DNA from: Balamuthia mandrillaris
Lineage: Eukaryota
Assembly (NCBI GenBank): GCA_031835245.2
Contig: JAVKOQ020000066.1
Coordinates: 124,001-188,000, forward strand
Direction: 5' to 3'
DNA: 64,000 bases
Shown piece by piece: positions 51,001 to 62,029 of this stretch; position 1 is the first letter of the stretch, and each line of letters starts with the position of its first letter. The notes below the pieces were generated by a model. The model saw only the letters and a program-made list of their open reading frames with translations. It was not told where the DNA came from and did no database searches. A program made the position numbers and the translations under genes.

Positions 51001-51103
51001 CTCTCAAAATGGCAGACCCACCAAAGATAGAAGAACCTCCTCCCCCCTCTTTTTCTATCGTATCCCCATCGGTGACGATCCGACTGCTCAGCCGCTTGAG
51101 CAT
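48021..51103 (-). CDS. STE20-family kinase with a CRIB-like motif, long E/Q-rich C-terminus and C-terminal TM anchor
   Basis: ISNPSNVVRMFHV (CRIB-like), ELGKG|AYGMV, IVQYYG, IIHRDIKAANILL, DFGVS, GTTFWMSPQV and DIWSLAITAIELAEGYPP. A phase-0 GT-AG intron at 49412-49344 joins the kinase to ORF 48021-49343, which ends LLMVLGAASLLLLGTGLYLWSRPR. Confidence 0.82.
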
Positions 51104-51221
51104 TTTTTTTTTCCTCTTCGTTTCTCTTTTTTTTTGTTTGTTTGTTTGCTTAGGGAACCGGTTTATTATTGCGTTACCCCGAAATTACATTGCCTTAAGA
51201 GGCCGCCACGAACCACGTAAG

Positions 51222-51310
51222 CGTTATCGCGAAGCTGTCCTTCAAAGTGAAGGATGGAGTCCTTGCCTCAAGCCAGCGGCGGTAGCCTGCCGTCGAACGA
51301 AGTCAAAAAG
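51222..51310 (-). mobile_element. Short gypsy gag fragment in intergenic DNA
   Basis: Matches 33399-33489 and 25013-25102. Confidence 0.7.
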
Positions 51311-51449
51311 GAATTTTTGGATCCGAATATCTTTCTCTCTACCTTCCCTAGAACTTTCCTGAGCCTTAGAACTTAAACACATGTTCCTTCCTTTTCATTA
51401 AATACATTTGGCTCCCGTCTCTCTCTTTGTCTCTTTCTTAGTTCTGTGC

Positions 51450-52036
51450 TTAGGTTTCAACAGGAAGACGCTCATTCTCTTCTGTCTCTTCTTCTCTCCT
51501 CTGTTGCGCCTATAGACTATATTGACCAACGATCGTTACGGATGGGGATACAATAAAAAAGAGGGAGGAGGAAAGTAAAGAGATCATCGTCATCAAGGAA
51601 GATTGCGCTGGTACTCAAGACGAAGATTTGCCGACATGATGCTCCTCACCAAGTTGGCGTTGGTGCTGCTGTTGGGAACGTGGTCCTTCTTCATGTCGCT
51701 GTAGAGCTGAAGCACCATTGGCTGGTCGTCCAAGGACTGGCCATAAAATCGGAAAAGATGGCCATACGTTGTTTCATCAAGGCGAAAGTTGAATGTTTTG
51801 CTATCGTTGAGCATCATTTGGTGGAAGCGTAGTGTACTCTCAGCGAGAAATCGGGCCTTATTGGGATCATCCTCCTCGCCGGTGGCAAGCCGCTCATGAA
51901 GCATACGAACAAAGTGCTTCAAGAGGATATTGTACGAGTGGATGTTGGGCACCACACGTCCATCTCGCACATCGCCTACTAGATCTCCGTCATCTTCCTT
52001 TGTATTGTGTGTTTTGTTGGATTGTTGGGTAAATCG

Positions 52037-52077
<41 letters not shown>

Positions 52078-53946
52078 CGCAAAAAAGAGACGAGGGAAGA
52101 AAACGAGAGAAGAAAGACGCACAGCAACTACGACTCTCCTGCCCGCCAAGTTTTCGCTTGCATTCCTCTTCATGTTCTCCAACACCTTCAATGCGCTCTC
52201 CAAGTCATCGTTGTTGGCATAGAAGGTAATAAGTGCGTTGTAGGTATGAGACTCCCATGCTATCTCCAGCTTCTTCATCAGACGCAGCACCTCCAACAGC
52301 TGCTCCTTGCGGTTGTGGGCGAGGCAGATGCTGACGAAGTTTTGCATGGTGCGGCGAGAGGGTCGGAAGCCATTCTTGTTCATGCGTTTCAGGACGGCCC
52401 ATGCTTTTTCGAGATGGCCGGCTTCACCGCAGGCAGTTATCAACGAGTCATAAGTGGAACTATCTGGTGTTGCATCTATCGTTTCAAAAATAAAAATAGC
52501 AAAAGAAAACAACAAATTAGAAAAGAGGAAACAAAGAGAAAGAACAGAGAAAGGAAGCAAGGAAGTACAGTCATCGGGATATTTTTCCATGTTGCGAAGC
52601 ATATCTAGGGCATGGTCGTAGTCGCCAGCATAAGCAGCAGCCAGAAGATAGGCGTTATAGGTAGAAGTAGGCGGCACAAAGCCTTTCTCCTTCAACTGTG
52701 CCATAGTGCTCTTGACCAGATCCAACCGCTTCTCCTTGCCGTATGCCATCAGAGCAAAGGTGGTGATATAAGGGTCAGGAACAATTTTGTCCTTGCTTTC
52801 CATCGTATGAAAGGTTGAAATGACTTTATGAGGGATGTTCGCCTTGTGATAGGCTCGGATGAGTTGATAGTAGTAAGACGAGGTGGGAGTTAAGTTCCTC
52901 GCCCTCATTTCCTTTCGTACTCGCAGTGCCGTCGTTTCCACGTGTGCAGGTGTGGAGCAGCAACTGAGAATGCTTGTGTAGGTAGAAACAGTTGGTTCCA
53001 AACCTGAGAGAAAGAGAGTGAGAGGAGAAGGAGAAGGAGAAGGAGAAGGAGAAGGAGAAGGAGAAGGAGAGAAGGAGGGAAGGAGAAGGAGAAGGAGAAG
53101 GAGAAGGAGAAGGAGAAGGAGAAGGAGAAGGAGAAGAGAAGGAAAGGAGAAGGAGAAGGAGAAGGAAGAAGGAGAAGGAGAAGGAGAAGGAGAAGGAGAA
53201 GGAGAAGGAGAAGGAGAAGGAGAAGGAGAAGGAGAAGGAGAAGGAGAAGGAGAAGGAGAAGGAGAAGGAGATAAAAAATTAAGATGGCTACCTTTGGCCA
53301 AAAGGTCGTCCCATAGAGTCATGGCTTTGCCGTGGTCCTCAATACCGCCGCAGATCTTAATGGCAACGTCATAGTCGGCAACGGTCGGCTGTTGTCCAGA
53401 CAGCAACGGCTTCAAGAGGTCGAGCGCTTTCCCGTGTTGCCCCAAACCAGAGTAGGCGTCCGCCACCACGCGGGGATGAAGGTAAGGCGTGAGGTCCTTG
53501 TCCGTTACCCCCATCTGCACGGCCCGATCGAGGAGAGGGACAAGGCGCAATTTGCTGAACTTGCGGAGGAAGAAGCCCATTTCTTCTTGCAGTTTTTTTC
53601 GCTGGTCACTCCCCATTTGTTGCTGGTTGCTCTGCCTCAGCTCCTGCACAAAGGTGTTAAACTTTTCACTCCACACTTGAGAGAGGTGCTCTTTTTTATG
53701 CTTTTCTGGGGTCGCCGTTGATTCCGCCTTCTTTTCTGTGTCTTTGCTGCCACTCCGAGGGGCTTGATCGGAGAAGCACCGGGAAGGAGAAACGATGCAG
53801 GCAGCGGGTGCGCACATGGAGGAGGAGGATGGTACTGGCCTCTGGGCTACATATGAGCGCGAAAGACCGACCCGTGAAATGGGACCCACAAAAGAGGGAA
53901 CGCTCGGCCGAAAGGACCAAAGTTTTGTTGAGCTGCCGCGCCGCAT
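51450..53946 (-). CDS. Pentatricopeptide-repeat (PPR) protein, probably mitochondrial; 3' end 51593 or 51450
   Basis: Tandem 35-aa motifs (PTVSTYTSILSCC, PTSTYNAYLLA, PDSSTYDSLITACGEAGHLEKAWAVLKRM, PNIHSYNILL) and an Arg/Ser-rich presequence. A (GGAGAA)n intron lies at 53005-53290. Confidence 0.9.
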
Positions 53947-54342
53947 CCCCCTCTTTTCTTTTCTTTTTTTTTCTTTTTTTTCTTTTTTGTTTGAGGGGCC
54001 TTATGCTCGGATTCAGAAAGGCATCCTTTGGGTTCCATTTGAGTCTGTCCTCCATGGTTCGCTTTCAACGGTGAACCGTAAATCCAATCAAGCGACCCAT
54101 GGAGGACAGACTCAAGCTGTTGGAAAGCGCAAGATAAGTCCTTGCTTTATGACGTTTGGCTGCGTTTTCCGTTCCTTGTTGCAAATGCAGAGATATACAC
54201 GTCATACTCTTTGAGGACGAAGAAACATGAGGGAGAGAGCAAAAGCAACAGGAAGACAACGCAGGAGCAGTGCGTGGCCATGGTTTGTTATTGACGGAAT
54301 GGGTGGTAATGCTTGCTTTCACAATTCCTCTTAGTGGTTACC

Positions 54343-54412
<70 letters not shown>

Positions 54413-55224
54413 GGTGAGAACGGGTCTCTAACCTTCGTTTGTTGCTGCATTGTGGTGGCAACGCCCAGCCATTGGCGAAAACGAGAAAGGGAGGAGAAGG
54501 AAAAAAAGGAACAGCAACAACTAGAAAAGGAGGAAAGGCAACGACAACTGGCTGCTCAGCGAAAAAGACGTTGGAACGAGCTAAAAAGAGAAAAAAACGA
54601 GCGGAAAAAAAGGTCACAGAGAAAAAAAAAACGTGCCCGACGAATGGCATAGAAGGCGTAGAAGCTGTAGGCGTAGGTGGCATTCGTCGGGCACGTTTTT
54701 TTCTTGGTTGGGAAGTGAACCCTTGCCGACGAAAGCAAGGCCGTAACTTTTGCTTGCTCTGTATTATTTTTTTTCCTTGCAACCCGTGTCTTTTTTTCTT
54801 TTCGCGGTATGGTGAATCAATGACGACATGGGAAGATCAAGGACGACATGGGAATCACCTTAAACGAAAATTCATCCTGTTTTCAAAAGGCACGAATCTG
54901 CATGGAGGGCACTAGTCCCCTCCATGGTTTTTCGAGGAAACTTAAAAAAGTGCAGTGCTCCCGTCCTGCTGCATCAGCATTACCAACGCCGAAGACAACT
55001 CTTCAAGCTGTCAGAGTAAAGTTGTGAGCACTTACAATTCGTCTCTTTAGGGGAGTACTCCCGTCCTGCTGCGTCAGCATTACCATCGAGATGCCAACTC
55101 CACATTTTCGGGGAGTGTGATAAGCCCCTCCCCCCTTTTTTCTTCTGTCTTTGCAGCACACAACACTTTTCTCCCACTTTGCTTTCCTCTTGCTCACAAC
55201 TTAACTTAGCGGTAATGAAATCGG

Positions 55225-55835
55225 TAATGAAGTTCGTCCTCTATGGTTTGCTTTGATGGGATATACCTCTCAGCAAAGCTTAAAACACCTCAAAATGCCT
55301 TACGAACCAGGTCCACGCTCTCCAGGCTCTCTTCCTCAGCAGAAGGTAGCGAGGTGGTGGTACCAAGCCCGCTTGCTCGATTCATTACCCTGAATCGAAA
55401 TCAGTCAAAGCTACGAGGTGGTGTTTCTTCCTTTCTGACCTCCCCATTTCCGACCAGGCCACCCCCATAGCGCGCGCGCTTCGCACCGTTTTTAATGACA
55501 CGTGGAAGAACACCAGAATTCGAGTGCGAAAAGTGGTCTTTCAGGAACTAATCCATTTTTTGGAATTCCTCGCGACCGAACCATCCATTCGTTCTGTCCG
55601 GCCGGACGCTCCATGGACTCCAGAAATCATAGTCCCACTTGGATTGAAACCTGCCACATATTCGAGAGGTGAAGCAGAGCAATGAACTGGAAGGAAAAGG
55701 AATGATGGCGCGGCTATATTTCAAGCGTTATTGGAAAGCACAGCTGGAAGAAATGGTTCACGTGTTGGAACCAGCTCTGCAGGAGCTACAAGAGGGAGAA
55801 ATCCCAGAAGTTTATCCAACATATCCTCCCTGTGC
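55225..55835. repeat. Repeat family U, copy 2 (diverged; 5' part 55225-55365 inverted)
   Basis: Aligns to 57298-57425 (reverse) and about 57600-57990 (forward). Confidence 0.75.
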
Positions 55836-55919
55836 AGAGTAAAGAGGTGTATGGGAAAAGTGAGTATATTATAGTCTGTCTCTGTAAAGATCTTGTTTCT
55901 TCCCAGTTCTTGTGGTGTC

Positions 55920-56752
55920 GGTGGGCAGCAGTCCTCCACGATATGGCGGGCAGCAGTCCTACGGTGGCGGCAGTCCTCTGTAGCAGTCCTCCACGATACG
56001 GTGGAGAGCAGTCTTCCGGGGTACTGTTGGCAGCAGTCCTCCTTGATACAGAGAGCAGCAGCTTTGCGATATGGTCGACAGCAGTCCTACGCGATACGGT
56101 GGGCAGCAGTCCTCCTCGATACGGACGAGAGTCCTCGATATGGGGGGCAGCAGTCCTCTGCGATATAGTGGTGGCAGCAGTCCTCCTCGATATGGTTGGC
56201 AACAGTCCTCCTCGATATGGTGGGCAGCAGTCCTCCTCACTACGGAGAGCAGCAGTTCTCCGCACTACGGTGGAGAGCAGTCCTCCGCAATATGGGGGGC
56301 GGCAGTCCTCCTTGATACGGTGGGCAGCAGTCCTCCGCAATATGGAAAGCAGCAGTCCTCCTCGATACGGTGGAGAGCAATCTTCCGGGGTACTGTTGGC
56401 AGCAGTCCTCCACGATACAGTGGCGGCTGTCTCCTCGATATGGTTAGAGCAGTCCTCCTCGATGTGGACTGCTGTCGGTATGGTGGGCGGCAGTCCTCCT
56501 CGATATGGTGGAGAGCAGTCCTCCGCAATATGCGGGGTGGCAGTCCTCCTCGATACGGTGGAGAGCAGTCCTCCGGGATACTGTTGGCAGCAGTCCTCCG
56601 CGATATGGAGGGCAGCAGTCCTCCATGATACGGTGGGCGGCAGCAGTCCTGTTGGCAACAGTTTCCTCGATACGGTGGGCAACAGTCTCCACGCTACAGT
56701 GGGCGGCAGCCCTCCTCGATACGGTGGGGGCAGTCCTCCGCGATATGGAGAA
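55920..56752. repeat. Degenerate 25-bp minisatellite (consensus GCAGCAGTCCTCCTCGATACGGTGG), about 33 units
   Basis: Directly visible; a variant block recurs at about 56000, 56370 and 56557. Confidence 0.9.
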
Positions 56753-57280
56753 CCGTATCTCGGGGGAAGGAGGGCAGAGTGACTCCTGAGCAGGGCAGGA
56801 TGTGGTGGATAGGAGGGAAAGAAAAATCAATTGATTGATTGGCCCACTCCAATTCAAGAATGGCAAATGCCCACTAAAAAGTGAGGCTCTTGGGAGTTTT
56901 AGCCAAACAGCACACAAGCCCAGCAAAGGCTATTAGGCTTGCATTGTTCGTTTGATTTTTCTCAAAAATCAAACCGCATGGCCATGCCAAATGCGATTTG
57001 ACTCTTGTAAGAGAAAGAATCGCCAAAACCCACAAAAATAAACACAATCAGTGAGCACAAACCCAACCACATGGACGTGTGGTTGTTCTCTTCATGGAGT
57101 AGCACAAGGCCAACAAATCGATCGTCCACGCTCCCCTCTTTTGTCCGCTTTTGTTTCCCCGTAGGGGAAACGCGCTGACGTCCCGCACGCCGCTTTACGG
57201 AGAGTGGCGCCATTTGTTTGGCAGTTCCAGAGGGGAGAGGAGAGAGGGAGCAAACTCAAGCAAAACGCCAACGCGCACAG

Positions 57281-58015
57281 CTGAGAGGGAACGCGCGTGG
57301 TACCACCTGACTACCTTCTGCTGAGGAAGGGAGCGTGGAACTGGTTCGTATGGCATTTTTGAGGTGTGTTTTACTTTTGCTGAGACGTTGGTAGATCCCA
57401 TCACAGCGAACCATGAAGGACAGACTCCAGCGGTTGGAAGGCCTTGTTGCAAACGCAGAGAATATCCTTGTCCCCACAGGGGGTCAACCAACTCGAGAAC
57501 GAGTGGGGCACTGGAAGGCTGCCGCACAAACTCGTGAAGAGCGCCTGGCCATCCTGCACCCCTTTTTATCGAACGCAGCCAAGTCCACAAGTTGGCACCT
57601 CCTCCTTTCTGGCCTCCCCCTTTCCGACCAGGCCACCCCCATAGCGCGCGCGCTTCACACAAAGTTTTCAGACGCGTGGAAGAACGCCAAAGTTTGCATT
57701 TGAAAAGTGGTCCACCAAGAGTTTATCGAGTTTTTGGAAATCCTCGCAACCCATCCATCCTGTCGTTCTGTCCGGCCGAACGCCCCATGGACATCCGACG
57801 CCATAGTCTCGCTTGCGTTGAAACGCCTGCGACATATTCGAGAGGTGAAGCAGAGTGAAGAACTGGAAGGAATAATGGAGAGGATAAGTTTCAAGCAGTA
57901 TTGGAAAGCACAGCTGTTTCAGGTGTTGGAACCAGCTCTGCAGCAGCTGCAAGAGGGTGAAATCCCAGAGGTATATCCCGTATATCCTCCCCCAAAAGTT
58001 CCAGTGGTACAAAAA
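57281..58015 (+). repeat. Repeat family U, copy 3 (longest coding relic, with stops)
   Basis: MKDRLQRLEG...FSDAWKNAKVCI*KVVHQEFIEFLEILATHPS...QYWKAQLFQVLEPALQQLQEGEIPEVYP. Confidence 0.8.
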
Positions 58016-58323
58016 GGTTCCTCCTCTCTTTCTGCTCTTTTTTTCAAAAAAAATTGTTTTCCATCTCTTTTTTTCTTGATCTTTTTTTTGTTTCTTTTCC
58101 TTTTTTTTTCCTTTGAACCTTTATTTTTTAACACTTTTCTGTTGCTTGTTGGTCACAGCATCAGCAAGCGAAAATGCGCTTAGCGATGATGATGTTAAAC
58201 CTTCTCCACAGCCTCCTCCTGCACAGTACTCTATTTTTTATTTTGTTGCTTTTGTTGCTTTTGTTGCTTTTGCTCTTGCTTTTTTTCCATTGGGCAAGCA
58301 AGCTGCAGAGATATTGACCAAGA

Positions 58324-58579
58324 CATTAAAAATCAATGCATAGAGTTGCCAAACGAAAAAGATCACGAAAACAGAAAGCCTCTGCAGGTTCTACCTCGCT
58401 GTTTTTGCAGAGGCTTTCTGTTTTCGTGTTCTTTTTCGTTTGTTGGAGTTAATATACTTATATAAGTGCATGATATACACAGAAACACATACCTTTTGTT
58501 CCTACCTCGCTGTTTTTGCAGAGGCTTTCTGTTTTCGTGATCTTTTTCGTTTGGCAACTCTATGCATTGATTTTTAATG
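58324..58579. repeat. Perfect 63-bp inverted repeat (MITE or fold-back)
   Basis: 58324-58386 is the exact reverse complement of 58517-58579. Confidence 0.9.
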
Positions 58580-58697
58580 ACCTAATCAAAATCAAGCAAA
58601 TACACAAGTCACTGTGGATAGTGGAGAAACCAGCAAAGAAGAGCATTGCTCTGCTGAAACCAGTGACCTTGAAATCATGTGATATCTGAGTCATGAG

Positions 58698-58972
58698 ATG
58701 GTTGCAGTCTTGAAGCATAAAGTTGCCACCCCTGAACCACTTAACTTTGCTCAAGTGACTCGTTTTCCTAGTGCAGGAGATGGCAACTGTTTGGTTACTA
58801 CACTGCTCAACTGTGATGTGCTTCATAACAACAAGGCAACAAAAACAGTTGAAGATGAAGACATTGTTCAAGACTGTCGTTCAAAACTTCGTCGCTTCTT
58901 CCTTTGAGTAGTCCGTTTTTGTTGCCTTGTTATTATGAAGTGCATCACAGTTGAGCAGTGCAGTAACCAAGT
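58698..58972 (+). pseudogene. OTU-like protease motif fragment with an inverted duplication
   Basis: RFPSAGDGNCLVTTL; 58791-58846 recurs inverted at 58915-58970. Confidence 0.4.
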
Positions 58973-59277
58973 GGCAAGAGAAGTCTTGTTCTCTTTCTTT
59001 CTTTCTCTTCTCTTTTTCCTTTTTGTTTTGTTATTTTGTTTGCTTTCTTTTTTTTTATTCTCTCTTCCTTCAGAGAATGAAAGCAAGAGAGAGAAGGCCG
59101 TTTTAGATAGCCGCTTTTTGGAGGGGTTCATTGCCAGTCCATCAGCTATTTCAAGGTCCATGGATAGTAGAGAAGGCAAAAAAAAAATTTGGATCTAAGA
59201 ATAGGAAGGTGTAGACAAAGCAGAGAAAGGGAAAAGATCCACAAACAATCTACAGAAGACCTAATGGAACTGGAAGA

Positions 59278-59730
59278 TCACCCAGAGCGGACAGACCAAC
59301 GATCAGTGCTAAACCCGCTCACAATACAGATAATATCCCACTTTGCATAACTAACCTCGCAGTATTCTTCGACGCTTCGCTTCACGGGCCAGCAAACCTT
59401 TTCCAACAGTCCACAAAGTTGGTGGAGTTTTACGAGTGAGGAAGAGGTTGGTCCAGTGTAAGAATGAGAGGAGTTGGCGGTAAGAGGAGTATCATCACGA
59501 AAAAAAGTGTGGTTCCGCTCCTTCTTCGGCTTCGCTTTTTCTTCGTCGTTTGTTTTTTGTTTTGATTGATCTTGCCACTTGGAGAACTTCTGGTCAAGGC
59601 AAGCCTTGAGGTCCTGTGATGTCCACAGTTCGTTGTTGATGTCCTCTTCGTTTTGTTGTTTGGTCCACTCGGAAACAGCCTTCGATACCATGGAGAAGTG
59701 GCAGTCGCAGATACACTTGCCGTGGTTAAG
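59278..59730 (-). mobile_element. Sola-like transposase C-terminal relic
   Basis: NHGKCICDCHFSMVSKAV (HGK..CD.HF motif). Confidence 0.5.
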
Positions 59731-60234
59731 GAACGTCTCAGCGCACTCGGTATCAAACAGCAAAGGACAGCAGCAAATGCTCCTCATCAAAAAGGCGTCG
59801 CCGAGCGCAAGAACAGAGCCCTCATTTGAGCAGCACGTTGCATGCTTCAGCAAGCTAAACTGGGCGACCAATTCTGGGCAGAAGCAGTTCGCATGGCAAA
59901 CTACATAAGGAACCGTGTGGGCACCTCAGCGCTCGATGGCAACATCACGCCTGAAGAGGCCTGGTCCGGAAAGAAACCCTCCCTTGCTCACCTTCGTACA
60001 TTCGGTTGTTCTGCCTTTGTGCATGTCCCGCAGTCCCAACGAAACAAGCGTGCCACTTGCGCCAAAGAAACGATCTGCCTAGGTCCTGGAACAGGAGCAA
60101 AAGCCTATCGTCTCTACAACAAGGCAACAAACGCGATTGTTGTCAGCAAAGATGTTACCTTTGTGAAAAGCAATCCTGTCCCCATCGACGAAAGTCCAAA
60201 AGTTATTGTCTACCCTGGGCAGGATGATAGATAG
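59730..60234 (+). mobile_element. Copia integrase fragment, paralogous to 62180-62460
   Basis: FWAEAVRMANYIRNRV...TPEEAWSGKKPSLAHLRTFGC...KAYRLYN...VSKDVTF. Confidence 0.9.
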
Positions 60235-60710
60235 CGTCACTCCTCCGGCTTTACCACCAAGCATTCTTCATTTATGCTTAATCACTGGGCTTTTTTGCTG
60301 CTTCAGTTTGACTTCGACATCGTCCACCGGCCTGGCATTCAGATGGTCTTGGAAGATGCGCTTTCCCGCCTCTACCCGCCCAACTTTTGGGAGGAAGATG
60401 GTCTGGCTCCGCCAGTAGTTCCAAACGAAGTCAAAACCTTGGCTCCAGTAAAGAAGCTACGCAACATTCAAAGAGTTCCTTCCTTGTCTGTGCTTGACGC
60501 TTCTCAGCATCCTCTCTTGCTGGACATGAAGGTGCTGCCAATCTCTTCAACAAGGTCTGGAACGAAGGCTTCTTCTGGCCTTCCCTTTGGAGTGATTGCT
60601 TTGCTACCACTTGTTCCTGTGATGCCTGCCTTCGTTTCAATGTTGCCAAGCATGGTTTTCATCCTCTGAAAACCATCTCCGCCACCTTTCCCTTCGAACA
60701 CGTTGCGAAG
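60235..60710 (+). mobile_element. Gypsy RNase H end plus integrase zinc-binding fragment
   Basis: LNHWAFLLLQFDFDIVHRPG...DALSRL, then GHEGAANLF...FFWPSL...CDACLRFNVAKHGFHPL. Confidence 0.85.
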
Positions 60711-60859
60711 GAAGTTGTTATTTTGGTCCACCGCCACTGTAATACAGTCAGTTAGTTTCTTTAGAGTACAAGTAGTGAGAGGGACGTTAAGGAAGGATAG
60801 AGCGAGAGCGCAAAAGAGAACAAGAGAGAGAGAGAGAGGGAGAGAAAACCAAAGAAAGT

Positions 60860-61123
60860 TGAACCTGCGGAAAATAAAGTAATAATGCAGTAGCTGCTTC
60901 TACTGAGAAACACATTGAATACATCTGCGTTTTTCGTCCTCCTAATGGTATGTACATGTATCTATGTGGGACAACAAGAGACATGTAGGAGGGAGCAGAG
61001 TGAGAAGAGACACAGGGAGTGGAGAAAGATAATAGAACAGAGAAGACAAAAAGTAGAACTAACCGAATGATCCACGCGTGTAAGCTTGCGTGCCAGTGCC
61101 TATTTTGTAACAAATCAGTTTTA

Positions 61124-61178
<55 letters not shown>

Positions 61179-61875
61179 TATTACTTCCAAAAGCCAGCAA
61201 TGCTACAGTTGTTATACACAGGTGACCATATTATCAACAGCATCTACTCCTGGTGTTTTGCAGTTGAATAACATAAACAGAACAAACAAGAGAAACAAAA
61301 CAAACCATCGAATTGAGCCCTGCATCGAGTCGTCCTCCAAAATGACCAAACTCTTGACATACATGTAGACCAGCGCACAAACAGCGGTAGTCACCAGCTC
61401 CCACGGCTTCAGCTGCTGACTCCACACTTGCAAAGTATCGTTGTGTGTTTCACCAATAATAGACCGATGCCAACAATGGAGTAGAAGAAGAGATCAACAT
61501 GAACAAGAAGAAGAAGAAGAAGAAGAAGAACAAGAAGAAGAAGAACAAGAAGAAGAACAAGAACAAGAACATACTTGAGCAAATGTGGAGGTAAGGTGAG
61601 AGGCTCCTTCAAAATCGGATAAGTGGGAGGTGTGTTTTTGGTGTTCGCCCCCTTCTTACTTCGTCCCTCCCGTTCGTTGTCCTCTTCATCTCCTTCCTCC
61701 TCTTCCACTGTCCGCAAATTATTGCTCCGTCCATTCTCTTCTCCTGCCTTTCTTTTTAGTTTCTTCTTCATCAGCCTCCCCTTCTCCCTCTTTTGCTGGT
61801 CGAGGAGTAAGTATCTCTGGAGGATTGTTGCGAAGTCATGTTCGCGAACTTTTGTTTAGCGGGATAGCCCCTGTT
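60860..61875 (-). pseudogene. GUP1/HHATL-like MBOAT acyltransferase, frameshifted and truncated
   Basis: YMYVK..VIWRTTR..AQFD|GVDAVDNMVTCV(fs)NNCSIAGFWK|HWHASLHAWIIR|YMYIPLGGRK. At least two frameshifts; introns retained. Confidence 0.75.
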
Positions 61876-61882
61876 TTTATTT

Positions 61883-61921
<39 letters not shown>

Positions 61922-62029
61922 CCTGCCGTGTTGATGCCAGAGCGCGGAGAGAAAGGCATGATGAGGAGGAGGTGGCACTGCGTTGGCCGCGGTTGGTGTC
62001 CGTGTCTCCTCCACGGCGAGTTCGAGAGG

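Noticed and set aside
54955..55085. Two 28-bp direct repeats as a mini-CRISPR
   Set aside because: Only two units, the spacer is about 70 bp, and there is no associated nuclease.
55920..56752. 25-bp array as a CRISPR array
   Set aside because: The inter-core segments are variants of one sequence, not unique spacers; no cas genes; eukaryotic context.
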